Under the pieces are notes generated by a model, which was not told where the DNA came from, did no database searches, and saw only the letters and a program-made list of their open reading frames with translations. The position numbers were made by a program, and so were the translations under genes. 64,000 bases of DNA from Schizochytrium sp. TIO01 (Eukaryota > Protista > Bigyra: Labyrinthulomycetes): positions 496,001 through 560,000 of the forward strand of contig SMSO01000033.1 of assembly GCA_004764695.1 (NCBI GenBank), in the 5' to 3' direction. How positions within the stretch are numbered: position 1 is the first letter of the stretch; every line of letters begins with the position of its first letter. Positions 1 to 12,192 of the stretch are shown here, one piece after another.

Positions 1-119
1 CTTTTGCTTAGTTTGATTTAGAAAGGCTACGGTAAGATTGCCAAGAAAAGAAGGAGTTTAGTCACCATTGACAGGGTTTTCTCTGAATACCGGCAAAAAG
101 GGCGATCTCATTTGGTCCT

Positions 120-2648
120 TTAAACAGTATTAAGCACGGGCGCAGAGGCCGCAGAGCTCGCACGCTGTATCTGATCACTCAGGATGGACATATCCTCGGT
201 TTCATCAGTTCTCATCTCATCGGTCTGGGAAAAAACATTGGGCGTATCAGGGTGGGAGTCGATGTCGCTCGAAGGAAGCGATGTAAACATAGAGCGGAAG
301 AAACTACTACGAGACGATCGGCGCAACCCATTAGGAGATCCTAGTTCGACCTCACTGGCAGATTGGGGACGTGGAGGGTTGAGTTGCTCAACACGAGCCC
401 GCATCGTAAGTTCTTGCAAGTTCTGCGAGAAACGGCCCTTGCGATTGAGTAATTCAACCCACTGCTCCATTTCCTGACGCGAGTCAGCGCGCAGCTTGAT
501 GGTGCGGTGTTGACCAAGTTCAAAATTGCCAGTGCGACGAGAGAGTCGAGCGCTCTTGACATTAAGACGTTCATCCCACATGTAGAGTTCAAACCAGAAG
601 TTGCGTGTGCGAGTTTGCCGCGAATGAGTGGCAGATGTTGGCGAGCTAGCGCGAAAGAATAAAGACGCAGCAGATTTTCGAGAAATCAGCTTTCGTCCCG
701 AATCAGCTGTTTGTGGGGAATCATCTCCACTAGAGTACACATCGGATGATAGGGCTGTCGCACCGATTCCAGCAGTAAGAATACGTGTTGGTAAAGAAAT
801 GGGCCTTGACAAGGTGGGTGCTTCTGCCGGCGGTGAGTTGATTTGCAGATGGGTGTGAAAAGACGCGGGGAAAGTGGAGGGCGCGGAACCAGCGCTGTTC
901 GGGCACTCTGAAGAAGTGCGCGATATAAGCGTCTTGCGGGACCGTGAGGATTTACGTACAGGAACATCGAAGCACGTGCGAATAAGAACATTTTCGAGCG
1001 GAATAAATCCTTGCGGGTCGACATCCTCAGAGTGTTTAAAGTACCATAACGTACTCTCGCTGAGGATAAACCAACGAGGACGCCACTTGGAGAGTCGGGA
1101 TGGCCCCTTTTTTTGGAGCCAGCCGCTCTTGTCGGGGTGAGTGAAGAGGTTACCAGCGACTTCATCGCGGTCAACTTTATGACGCATTTGATGCCTGAGA
1201 ATTCGGTCATAAAGCGCACCAAGTTCGTCTTGTGGAAGGTCCTTGCCATCATCCAAACCACGTAAGTTTGAGATAAACTCTCTTCGAAGCATCTTTCGTG
1301 GATTGTTGGGGTTATGAAGATCTACATTGAGTAATATAATTGAGTACGCCAAAAGGAAAGTAGTACCAGGTAAGAACATGGCACTGGGATTGGCTTCCTC
1401 GCCAACCATGCTATTATCCTCATTGAATTTGTCAGCAAAGGTTTCTACAATGCGCTCAATCTTTTGACTTTCACCAGGGGGCTTAAAACTCTCAAACACA
1501 CTGCGGAGGGCACGTTCAAGACCCTTGATTGTAGGGCCATAAACCGAGAGATCAAATTGCACGAAGAAATTCTTCAAAATAAGAATATGTTGTGGACTTT
1601 CCCCACCAAGGACTTTGCCGATCTGTTCTTTGTTGAGTCCACGCGTGTGCTTAAGAAATATAGCAACTCGACGTGCGTTGCCGGAATCGTCTCCCTGAAC
1701 TTTATGTACAAGTCCATTATCTTGAATGAATTCGACACCCCGTTTTGGGTTGAGGTTGAAGATGCGAATACCACGGCTTAACAGCTGCATCATGGCGGAG
1801 TCTGTTTCAAAACCAGTTTTCATACTGCTGCTCGATTCCGTAGGGGTAAACTCGCCCTCAGTGGACTCACTAAAGCCTGAAGCGAGAGTTACTGTTGACT
1901 CACATGTGCGAATAGATGCCAGGTCTGTCTCAGCACGTGGTACTGTGGTTTGCTTAGATGATTGCTGCTGTTGATTAATAATTTTGATTTGCATATTTTT
2001 AGATGTTGGGGAGGACGACGACATTCTTCTGGACGCAGATGTAGTTTTGTGTTCCTCCTCTTCACCTTGATCTTGCCACTCTTCCTTGGCTGGCATGCCT
2101 GCACCTGCATCGGCGCCACTTACAGCCCCCCTTGCCACTGGGATACTCTTATAAAGACTTGTAAGGTGTCTTTGGGGTGTTTGGCGATAGCTTCCGATTA
2201 TAGCCTCAGGCTCCAGTTCCTCTTCTTCTTCGTGTGCAGTATCTTCGTCTTGTGCATCTTCACCTTCATCCTCGGAGTCTGACATGATGGTGGCGTCACT
2301 ACTCCTGCGTCCTTTCTTGTGAGCATCTGAGCTTCCAGCCAGGTTTTTGCTAGCCCCAACGAGTTCAGGTGCTACAATCGTCACTGCTACGCCGCATCTC
2401 GCCAGGCTTTGTTCCACACTGTCATCGACTTCTTCGTGTTTTACTTCTTTTCTGAGTTCAATTTTTTTCTGGTCCATAATATCTAAATTGTTGGGTTTTT
2501 CAAGAACCTTGCCAAACAAGGCAGTATCACAATCAGTCGCAACAATTCCTTTTTCATCCAAGCCGACAATTTTAGCAGGATCGCTGCTTTCGGTAGACTT
2601 CTGCATTTCGCGCAAGCCAGCGTGGCCCTCATCCATCTCCTCCTCCAT
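120..2648 (-). CDS. Cytohesin-like ARF guanine-nucleotide exchange factor (Sec7 + PH domain)
   Basis: 842-aa ORF. Sec7 motifs FNLNPKRGV, FKPPGESQKIERIVE (glutamic finger) and YSIILLNVDLHNP, followed by a PH domain (PDKSGWLQKKG..KWRPRWFIL..FELY..EMEQWV); acidic low-complexity N-terminus. Confidence 0.93.
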   Translation of the reverse strand: MEEEMDEGHAGLREMQKSTESSDPAKIVGLDEKGIVATDCDTALFGKVLEKPNNLDIMDQKKIELRKEVKHEEVDDSVEQSLARCGVAVTIVAPELVGASKNLAGSSDAHKKGRRSSDATIMSDSEDEGEDAQDEDTAHEEEEELEPEAIIGSYRQTPQRHLTSLYKSIPVARGAVSGADAGAGMPAKEEWQDQGEEEEHKTTSASRRMSSSSPTSKNMQIKIINQQQQSSKQTTVPRAETDLASIRTCESTVTLASGFSESTEGEFTPTESSSSMKTGFETDSAMMQLLSRGIRIFNLNPKRGVEFIQDNGLVHKVQGDDSGNARRVAIFLKHTRGLNKEQIGKVLGGESPQHILILKNFFVQFDLSVYGPTIKGLERALRSVFESFKPPGESQKIERIVETFADKFNEDNSMVGEEANPSAMFLPGTTFLLAYSIILLNVDLHNPNNPRKMLRREFISNLRGLDDGKDLPQDELGALYDRILRHQMRHKVDRDEVAGNLFTHPDKSGWLQKKGPSRLSKWRPRWFILSESTLWYFKHSEDVDPQGFIPLENVLIRTCFDVPVRKSSRSRKTLISRTSSECPNSAGSAPSTFPASFHTHLQINSPPAEAPTLSRPISLPTRILTAGIGATALSSDVYSSGDDSPQTADSGRKLISRKSAASLFFRASSPTSATHSRQTRTRNFWFELYMWDERLNVKSARLSRRTGNFELGQHRTIKLRADSRQEMEQWVELLNRKGRFSQNLQELTMRARVEQLNPPRPQSASEVELGSPNGLRRSSRSSFFRSMFTSLPSSDIDSHPDTPNVFSQTDEMRTDETEDMSILSDQIQRASSAASAPVLNTV

Positions 2649-4747
2649 GAGATCCTCTCCAGATTGTCAGCCAGCCAGCCAACAAGCAGTGTACTAAATA
2701 CGTTTCCTGACTTCCCAAACGAGCAAAAGTCTTCTCGTAGATCGCTAGTTTTGCTATCTTGCTAGCTTGAATTATATCACGAGCGCAGCAAGCCACCACC
2801 GGTGATCTCAGAAGTATCTACGGCGTTCGATGCAACGAGTTCTTTAAATTGCCAGATATGAACCCAACGTGAATGAACGAGTGTCTCAAAAACCGGTTTC
2901 TCAAGAATGCAATTTTTTGCTGCAACATCCACAAACCCACTCCCAGAGATCGCCAAACTTGCTTCTTCTCGAGCTGCAAATTATCGTTTGGTGCTGCCTC
3001 TCGTATGATGCAAACTAGTCACCACCTGGGTTCAATGTTTGCTTCTTGTGTCCGCACAAATCTACTCTACTGGCGTATGTGTCAGTCAGCGCCACTGTCA
3101 AAGTCTCCTTTCTTCGTGCTTCTTTCTCTGCCTCTCTATGTCGCTGATATAGCCGCAGCAAGCTCGATGCCGCGATGTCGCACCCTCGTCTCCGCGAGTT
3201 ATGGGGTGGTGCCTTGCAGGAATGCCAATCTGGGGCGTGTCTGCACGGATCACGGGTCTCGAGGCTCCTCAGCAGCGTGCGACGGCGTCGGCAGTGCCAC
3301 CTCTGTCGGCGCGGAGACCGGACTTGGAACTGGAGCGAGGCCGAGTTCGCGCTGCGGCCGACTCGCAGATGCTCTAGTAGTGCCTACGCTATCGCTAGGA
3401 CTGAGCACACCAAACTAAAACAAACCAGAAACTTTTAAAAAAACATTTTACTTTCATGGTTTCATCATCTCTCTGAGAAAATTATTTTTATATTTCTATT
3501 CAAGTTGTTTACAGTTTAAACTTTAAACCGTGACTAGAAATGGCGATAGCAGTATAAAATAAAATAAGATAAAATCAATTTTTATTTAGCAAAATGAACA
3601 AGCCACCTCTTAGGCAGTACCTAGCCACCTGCTAATAAGAAAAAGAAAGAAAAGAAAGAAATAAAGCAATGAACTACTAAACTTTGAACATCAAAGCACG
3701 CTATCATGTCGTAGAAGGGGCCTACTGCTCGTTCTTTCTGTTCCAACTTCAGGGTACCCTGGCTATGGATAAGCGTAGGACACGCTTATCACTTTGTTCT
3801 TTCTTCCGCTCACTTCTTTTAAGGAGATAGAAAAACAGATACACAGAGAGATTCGTAAAACCTCTCAGTTTCGATTTCTTTCTTTTTTTTTCTTTTCTTT
3901 TTTTCTTCTTTCCAGGACCGCTAGCAGTATCCTATTGACAACTACCCGAAACTCCTCTACAGCACTTTTGTTGTTTGGTTTCTTCCTTCTGCAATAACCG
4001 TGACTCGAGCAAACAAAGTGAGCCAAACGATGATGCCAACTCCGCAAGACAGACCCAAGAAACCAGCCAGGCCAAGGCCAGAGGAGCCGTGGCGCTGTAT
4101 GCCTTGCTCGAAGGGGCCCTGCGCAGCGCAGGACCTCTTTTGCTGCGAGCCAACTTGAGGGATGCCGGAGACCTTGGTTCTGGTTTGGTGCTCCATCATC
4201 GTCATCAACAGTTTCTGGCGAATGCTTACTAACACCGCACATATAGCACATACTCTCTAGGAGTAGAGGTGAGCGCTAAGTGAGGGTTTCCCTCTTTTCT
4301 ACGATACCATTATTGCTATGTACCCTCTACTAAGTACTTTTTTTCTTCACGATGAAACTTTCATATAACTTCTTTCTAAACCTACAAATACATAAACTAT
4401 AAATAATTAAAGCTTTTAATTAAAAATAAACATATAAACAAATAGAAATTGATCCGAACATTTTAAAAGCAATTGTTTTTAAATAATGATAAAAACATCA
4501 AACAGGACATAGTGAAAGAGTGTTTTCAGTTCATTTTCGTATCTTTCACCATCATTATACTTTAATTTGTTGTTGTTTTCAACAGTGAAAAGGGGATTAA
4601 AAAGGTGTCTACGTAGCAGGGTACATAGGCCCAATAGTAGGAGTGAACAAGGTGCTGCTAAAAGGCCCATCAGCCGAAATGAAGCTCGCGAAACGATGGT
4701 GTGAAGAAACGCAGATTTCTGATGCTGTGTAAGCGATCATCGACAGG

Positions 4748-4783
4748 TGTATGTATGTATGTATGTATGTATGTATGTATGTA
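4748..4783. repeat. (TGTA)n microsatellite
   Basis: About 9 perfect tetranucleotide units. Confidence 0.95.
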
Positions 4784-5667
4784 CGTACGTACGCATACAT
4801 TGTGATGACGCCAATGAATGATTGAGTGGTTGAATGCGCGAATGAACGAATGAACGAATGATCTTGAATGATCTTGAGTGGATGACGCATGTATCTTCTC
4901 GTGCCGCTTCTTTCAAAGCTGCCTAAAGGAAGGAAGGAAGGTCCCCAGATACTGAGACCCATCACCTACCTCTTCAATCAAGACTCGGCTCTTTTCTTTT
5001 GGCACTTGTGTGCGAGGTAGATTTAGGTGTTTATGATTGGTTTGTGGTTCGATTGTGCTGTGAGTGGGCGGTCGTGAATAGCCCTGAGGCTATTCTAGCT
5101 GGAGGTGCGTGGTTTGTTGTTCTTGTTTATGAAGTTCTTCGACTTTCTTCAATAATTATGAACAAAAGGAGCTTCTTGTCATCTGGTCTCATTTGCATCT
5201 CTTGCCATTACTCTATTCCAGGACTTCGCTTGTTTACAAAATCAACAACTTGAGGTGAAGATTTGCTTTTTCCATAACTTGAATACAATAAACAAATACA
5301 TAAATAGGTAAATGAATGAATGAATCAAAGCGATGTGGGTACCATAAAGCAACTGAACCTTGATAATAGACTGACTTTGTGGATTTATGGGCAAGTGAGA
5401 GCTAAAGCTTCGGCTTCGGAAGGCGCTCTCCGAAGACTGTCAACCTCCATGGATGATGGATGGATGCTCTGTGCATCGCATCGACAGCCTCTCTCGCAGA
5501 TGGCTGACTTGGGCGACCTCCGTTTTGCCCCGAAGATCTTTGGTGAGTTTGTGGATGGATATGGATGGCCAGGACACCGTCATGAATCGCAATCGCACGC
5601 GCCGCGGCGCATGCCTGAATGGACAGTCAACTTCTATTAGCTTTAAGTAGGTACTACCATTTATTGA

Positions 5668-5687
5668 TTACTTACTTACTTACTTAC

Positions 5688-5759
<72 letters not shown>
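5668..5759. repeat. Compound (TTAC)n-(ATTG)n microsatellite
   Basis: TTAC run followed directly by about 17 ATTG units. Confidence 0.95.
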
Positions 5760-6100
5760 ATCAATCCTTTTGATAACAACTATATTGCTAGATTAGCTGG
5801 TTTTGCACATTCCCCAGTCCAAGCGAGCTGCGGATTGCAGGATTGTAGAAACCCCACCTTCATGGTGCAGACTAACCCCAGATCTACCTCCTGGTCACCA
5901 ATTGGCAAGGAAGGGCGTGGCTTACTTTGCAAGAGCGTCATCTTTGCGTCACCAAAGTAGAACCGTACGCGTGGTACCTACTACTTGTCAAATCTAGGAC
6001 ATGTGCCCACTAATTGGGCACATAGAGAGGAGCGTAGATCCATGTGAGCTAGCTAGGTGTAGATACCTAGGTAGGACCCGCTTTCTTCCTCTCATTTGTA

Positions 6101-6185
6101 CATTCATTCATACATTCACACATTCATACATTCATACATTCATACATTCATACATACATACATTCATGCATTCATACATTCATTC
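6101..6185. repeat. Imperfect (CATT/CATA)n microsatellite
   Basis: Mixed CATT/CATA units. Confidence 0.9.
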
Positions 6186-6753
6186 TTCGTGTCTTTTTGG
6201 ACGAGTGCAATTGTATTTGGTATTTGTGTAGTCAGTCACATCGGCAGGCACTGATCAGATGATAATAGTGATTGATTGACCTTTCAAGCTCTTATAGGGA
6301 ATGCACGCATATACCTAACACGGCAATGTTGTTTCACGAATAACTTTTCTTTGCCAGTTAAGCATTTCGTGCAAGTTCGCTCATTCAGGCTTGGTAAGCA
6401 GTGGCGTGGATCAGAAAATGTTCTCTTTCCAAAGATGAATGACCTCGATGAAGGACACAGCATAAGTTGGAGGCGTGCGAGTGCAACTTGGACTCTTTTC
6501 TTCATTCGTTCTTTAGATGCGAACGAAGCAAACAGTAAAAAAGAACAGGAACGAGAACAAAATTGCAATGGGAGAAACTTTTACGTGTGTACAACTCTTC
6601 AAGGGATTGCTGCTTTAAAATGTATCTCTTAGACTCACTCTGGTTATTGCTGGGCGCATGTGAAAGCTTCGCATGCGATCTATCAGAATCACTGTTCTAA
6701 AGAGTAAGTGTAAGCCATGATAGCAGCTGCTTCAGCGTGGTGGAGAACCTCGA

Positions 6754-6830
6754 GTGCTTTTGTTGTGCTTTTGTTGTGCTTTTGTTGTGCTTTTGTTGTG
6801 CTTTTGTTGTGCTTTGCTTTGCTTTGCTTT
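6754..6830. repeat. 11-bp minisatellite (GTGCTTTTGTT)x5 grading into (GCTTT)n
   Basis: Five perfect 11-mers, then GCTTT units. Confidence 0.95.
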
Positions 6831-7685
6831 AATGTTTTCTAATGTGAGAAAAGAAAATACTACTAGACTTACCTCTTACACCTACCTATTATAGTAGGTC
6901 TAGTATAGTCGTAGTCCACTCTGGTCAGTGATAGAAGAAATGCTCGACACACGCACACCTTCGATTCCATCATCGACAGACCATTCCAATACCGCTTGAC
7001 CTTGGAGCGTACAGCCGCTGCTGGTGATACGTGGCGTCTGTGACCTGATTCACCAGGAAATCCTTTCTACAGCAGTCTGTAGAGGTGCTCTTGTTTGGAG
7101 CTGCGGTTTACTTTTGTTTCGTAGCGTAGAAGTGCCGGTGGATCCTGTGAGCGAGGAAACAGGCTCTCGCTTGCTATTCTCTTGCGCTGCTGCGATAGCG
7201 ACGCCGTGGCGGAGCGGCCTTGGCCACTTTCCACCGTAAAGTCGTGCATTCTATTTGGCGTAGTTACGCGGTTTACCTACTGTGACTTTCGCCATCTGCT
7301 TGATCCAGTAGAAAGAAACTTGGACCATCTTTAATAAGAACGCTTCTTGCTGCTACTGTTCACTGTTCGACTTGCGGTTTTCTCAGCAGTGAACCTTCTC
7401 TGACGCATTGCCTTAAGAAAAAATTGCACTAGGGCATCACTTTCTGACTGTGTTTAGAAAACCTGAAAAATCTTGCCTCGGATTGTGGATAAGTAGAGAC
7501 TGATTACAAGGGCTACGGGGAAGACCGAAAGCCTCAAGACAAAGACATTTTTTTCCCGTCTACATTCGACCCGAGGAGTTAGGTCTTTTTTTAATCTTTT
7601 GAGGTTCACTTAGGATAAATTTGCGTGCAGGCTAGGTCATATCATTAGTGAAGGTCTTCACTTCGTAAGTCAAGCTTAAGAAAAC

Positions 7686-8693
7686 ATGAAGGCTGTTGTG
7701 TACGATCGCTTTGGACCTCCGCAGGAGACTTTAGACCTAGACATCAATTTTCCACGTGCTTTTATCGAGCGTGACAGCGATTGCATCTTGGTCAAAGTCA
7801 TGGCGGCTTCAGTGACCTACAGAGATTTTCGTGAGGTTAACGGCGACTTTCGCAATGTAGAGAGTGTCGATCTCCCCAGCATCCTAGGAAAGGATGTAAG
7901 TGGCATCGTCGAGGCTGTAGGCGAGCTTTGTTGTAAATTTCGTGTTGGTGATGAAGTTATTGGGATTGTGCCGAGCGGTGCTATGGCCGAATACGTTGCA
8001 GCGCCTGAGCAAAATTTCGTACGGAAGCCTAAACGTGTATCACATCTTCACGCGGCTGCTTTTCCGTTAAGTGGTTTGTTAGCTTTTCAATGCCTTTATT
8101 TGCATGGTCGTCTACGAGAGGGGGAGAAAATTCTGATTCTGAATGGGTCCGGCGGAGTTGGCAGCCTCGCCATTCAGATGGCAAAGTACAAAAAAGCGCG
8201 AGTCTATGCGACGGCATCAAAACATGTCGAAATGGTGGAAAGCTTGGGTGCTGACCATGTACTTGATTATGAAAAATGTGATTGGTGGGAGCAGCTTGAG
8301 GGAATGGATCTTGATCTCATTCTTGACTTTGGTGTTGGCTACAGCGCCTGGAAACATAGCGAGCGCGTTCTCAACCCAGTAACAGGGCGCTTTGTGACAA
8401 TTGTACCCGACAACGTTGATGGGCAAGTTGAGTTCTTAAATCATAAGATTGGGGTGCCAATGCGCTCATTATTCAATGGAAAGTATATCTACGTGGATAA
8501 TGTTGATTTGTCAAACCGTGATCATCTCACCTACATCGCAAAGATCGTGCAAAATGGCCACCTTCGGCCGGTTCTTGACCCAGATTCACCTTTTGAATTT
8601 AGCCCACGGGGTATGCGCGCTATGATTGACAAGTTGGCCACTAAACATACTAGAGGGAAACTTATCATGAATGTTGCGTGTGTCACGCGTTGA
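7686..8693 (+). CDS. Zinc-independent medium-chain dehydrogenase/reductase (NADPH:quinone oxidoreductase / RTN4IP1-like)
   Basis: MKAVVYDRFG start, LGKDVSGIVEAVG, GAMAEY, AAAFPLSGLLA, nucleotide-binding NGSGGVG, LGADHVLDY, C-terminal RGKLIM. Confidence 0.92.
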   Translation: MKAVVYDRFGPPQETLDLDINFPRAFIERDSDCILVKVMAASVTYRDFREVNGDFRNVESVDLPSILGKDVSGIVEAVGELCCKFRVGDEVIGIVPSGAMAEYVAAPEQNFVRKPKRVSHLHAAAFPLSGLLAFQCLYLHGRLREGEKILILNGSGGVGSLAIQMAKYKKARVYATASKHVEMVESLGADHVLDYEKCDWWEQLEGMDLDLILDFGVGYSAWKHSERVLNPVTGRFVTIVPDNVDGQVEFLNHKIGVPMRSLFNGKYIYVDNVDLSNRDHLTYIAKIVQNGHLRPVLDPDSPFEFSPRGMRAMIDKLATKHTRGKLIMNVACVTR

Positions 8694-9567
8694 TGAATGA
8701 GGTATGAAAGCGATAGAACTGTGTCGTATTAGTAACATAAGTTTAAAATCATGCGTTGAAGATTTATTTTTATTTTTGTTTATACCAGGAGAATATTTGT
8801 ACTTCTTTCGCCTTGATTTTCTACATCCTTTTTATTACAAAGACCTAAATCTTTCGAAAACATGGACTCAATATCTTGGCAGCTCCATTCTCATCATGCA
8901 CTTTACTCATCCGACGCAAATGACAATGACTGCTCAAAGTGGTGAACATCCAGATATCTACTGTCAACATGATCAAGCTATTTTGATGCGGCGAAGAAAG
9001 AAGGAAAGAAAGAATCCTCTTTCTCTCCACGCTCAGGCTGAGCCATACCGGCGCAGGATATGTGCTTAATTAAAATTAATTATTGTCTTTTTCTGTACTA
9101 TTTACCTAGCTTAAACTCTAACCATACAAATGCTACTGATTTCGGGAAGCTTATTCCTGGAGGAAAATGGGCATGCCGTTTCATACTTTTATGGGCAATT
9201 GAACTTCGTAACTGTCAATTGAAGTTCAGCTGATCCACTTTAAAAAACAAAAAAAAAAAAAGATAGGGCGGATGCAATGGTAGAATGATTGGGATAACGT
9301 AATTGCGAAGTAAGCCACCAGCCAGAACTTCAGCTTTGTTCAAATTTCTAAAAATGTCACATTTCGTCTTTTCCAAGTCCATTTTCTATCGTGTGAACTT
9401 TCCGTGGACTTTCAAAATGCTTCTAGGGAATGAAAAAAGGTCAATTCAAAAAGCAGGATTCCTGCTGAGTAAAGATAACGTAGTACGTATTTTTGAGTAT
9501 ATGATGTTGTTGAGGAATCAAAAATTGGGATGACCCACCCCATTGTATAGTTTTAGCTCATCTATGT

Positions 9568-10767
9568 TTACAAACGATTGGATTTTGTCATCTGGCCAAA
9601 CGACTCGTAACCACGCAACGAGAAGCCACTTGTGCTTATTGGGCTTGACATGGGGTGCGTTGGGGTATTTCGGCCATCAAAGACGATGGATGGCCCAGTG
9701 TGGGGCCCTACATCTTCAAAGCCATCGTCAAATTCAGACTCTTCCAAAGAGGCCTGTGAGTATGGCTTATTAGAGCTATAAAAACTCTTGTGGTTGCTAC
9801 CATCTGCATGGGCCACATCCGGCATACCCAGAAAATATAAATCTTCAGCCCCAGCCTCAAACCAGAGGACAAAGGAGGCAAACCAATTATTGCGGCTGTA
9901 GTGGAGTTCTGAACCTAACACTCCAAGAGAGTCAAGCCGCAGCAGAACTACCCAGTGATGATAGCCAACCCAGAGAGCCGCTGTAAACGACGCCCATACA
10001 AAGATGTCGGCAGTGTAGTGTGCTCTTGTAGACGTGATGAGCAAGTAGCCAATTAAGCAGTACATGACCACTGTGACACGAATTGTGCATGCACCAACAC
10101 CCATGGGACCTACTGTTTCCACATAATATAGCCAAACCAGCGAAACCAGCGTAATATGCACTACGTGCAATGCAAAGACAACGTCAACACAGCTTGATGC
10201 CTGTTTAAAGAAGGTTGCAAAAGCAACCAGCATCGGGTTATCCTCAGCCCTGTCATGAAACATGCACATATTTGTCACCGTCGGTGGTCTCACTGTGAGC
10301 ATACGGGCAAGTCCTCGACTCATTGATAAGACACCCACGGCGAAAAACCATCTTCGCAGTACCGTAGAGCCTATAGAGCTAAAGGTAAACCTCCCTAGAG
10401 TAATTAGAATGCCCACGAGCAGCCAAACCTCTAGAAGCTCCGAGACGCCCCATCTTGGCACTAGCTCGAAGCCCAAGTCTGGTAGAGGTCTTTGTTCGCA
10501 GGAAACACCATCAGCTTCCACAGCAGGACTTGGGGTTGACGAGTCCAAAGCTGGGGATGAAGGCCCTGGAGTTGCAGAGTCCGATGGAATTGGCGAGTCT
10601 GCAACTTGGTTATTTCCTGAAAAGGCTGCGACACCTCTGCGATGAGCCAAAACTACGAAGACAAAGCCAAGGTACATGCCGATCAGGCCCACCAACACGC
10701 CAACACAGAGGCCGCGAGCTCGCAGAGTGCGAGCCCACGGGCTGTGCAAGTGATCTAAGGACAGCAT
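9568..10767 (-). CDS. Sphingomyelin synthase / IPC synthase family multi-pass membrane protein
   Basis: SMS motifs D1 PLPD, D2 RR..R..T, D3 CVDVVFALH (variant of CGDxxFSGH) and D4 HYTADI..YH; about 6 hydrophobic segments. Confidence 0.85.
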   Translation of the reverse strand: MLSLDHLHSPWARTLRARGLCVGVLVGLIGMYLGFVFVVLAHRRGVAAFSGNNQVADSPIPSDSATPGPSSPALDSSTPSPAVEADGVSCEQRPLPDLGFELVPRWGVSELLEVWLLVGILITLGRFTFSSIGSTVLRRWFFAVGVLSMSRGLARMLTVRPPTVTNMCMFHDRAEDNPMLVAFATFFKQASSCVDVVFALHVVHITLVSLVWLYYVETVGPMGVGACTIRVTVVMYCLIGYLLITSTRAHYTADIFVWASFTAALWVGYHHWVVLLRLDSLGVLGSELHYSRNNWFASFVLWFEAGAEDLYFLGMPDVAHADGSNHKSFYSSNKPYSQASLEESEFDDGFEDVGPHTGPSIVFDGRNTPTHPMSSPISTSGFSLRGYESFGQMTKSNRL

Positions 10768-12192
10768 CTCCCCTGCTGCTCCAGCGCAGCTGCAGAGAGA
10801 TTTAATTTTGTCTGTTAAGCAAGCCCCTTCCTTACCCCAAGCAAAGATTGAACGAACAATAGCTATTTATTTTCTTTAAGCAATATATATTCTTTAGCAC
10901 GGGAAATGTAGGTGGACTTTCGTCTCTACTTTAATTGGAAGGAGATAACCTCCTCACAGAGATAGTGCTCAAGAAGTGCAAAAGCTCGTCTTGATGTGAT
11001 GTTGATAAATATAAAATACACGACAGTGAAACGTTGTACCTGGATAGATATTGAAATAATTAGAATGAAGCTTCCTAGACTTTTCTTTGCTACAATTGCC
11101 ACGTACGTTTTATTATTTTTGTTTCCCGATTATATTGATTGATGAGCACAGTTTCGTTTGACTGCGCAGCTTTATAACATGCATTGACTAAATTATGTAT
11201 TGCATGAAGGTATTTCATTTTAGAGTTTTGGGAAATTCAGCCTTAATCAGGAACCTTATTCTATAGGATTAAAATAGCTAATGAACTCAAAAGGCTACCT
11301 TTGACTTGAATTATTTGGTGTAAATTCCTTCAGATAGGAGGGATGCATACACAGATGCTGGATTGTGGAAATGGCCTCCAGAGTGTTGAGGAAAATATGA
11401 AGAGTGCAAAAAATGACCATCTTCAGTCATTGATTTTTATCAGCAGATAAACGGAAGGCAAACGAAAACCTTCGTCTCATCTCATGCAGAATTCATCACG
11501 CTGAACGATGCTTGTAGCATACGGCTACGTTCAGTCACTCCAACAGTAGTCGATTACAATCATTGGTGAGATATTTGCAGTATAGTAATATTGCAAACAA
11601 GGGGAAACATTAGAAACATAAATTCGAACCTCTTCCTTCGATACTTGTAGATCTGTATACAAGGTTTATCATGGCTTCTCTCGCCGTAATAAATGTAATA
11701 AGCGAGGTTTTGAGTGGACCTCAGAAAATGAGATATGATTAGCCCTACGGTCTTCAAAAAATTGAATTTGATTCTCTTCTTAGCAGAGTTTTATCTTCAC
11801 AGACCCCAAACCCAACGATTTTTTCTTGCGCCAAAGTTAAATGCTTTAGCCGTATCGAGGTCCTTATCAAGTCTTCATCCTTCATCAGTGACTATCTTCA
11901 TCATCTCAAGTAGATAGGTAGGTACGTGCCTAGGAATTGTCCTATTAATAAACGGTAGTATCGCGGCTGGAAAAAAAAACAAAAAAAAACTCCCTTATTA
12001 AGCAAAGTAATAAATCTGAGTTGCGATCGTCGTATACTCTATAGTAATTCCAATCCTCCATTGTGTACTGAGTCGATTAAATGAGTTATAGAAACGAATG
12101 ACTGGAATCAGTTTGAATCAATCAGTCAACTCGATTCAAAATCGTCAATTCTCAGTTCGCTATTGCTCGACACAACGCGTGAGAAGACCGCC

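Noticed and set aside
2873-4251. Several 70-180-aa ORFs upstream of the Sec7 gene
   Set aside because: No motifs and mutually overlapping frames; more likely UTR or promoter DNA.
6754-6830. Short tandem repeats as a possible CRISPR array
   Set aside because: No spacers, no cas genes, eukaryotic context.
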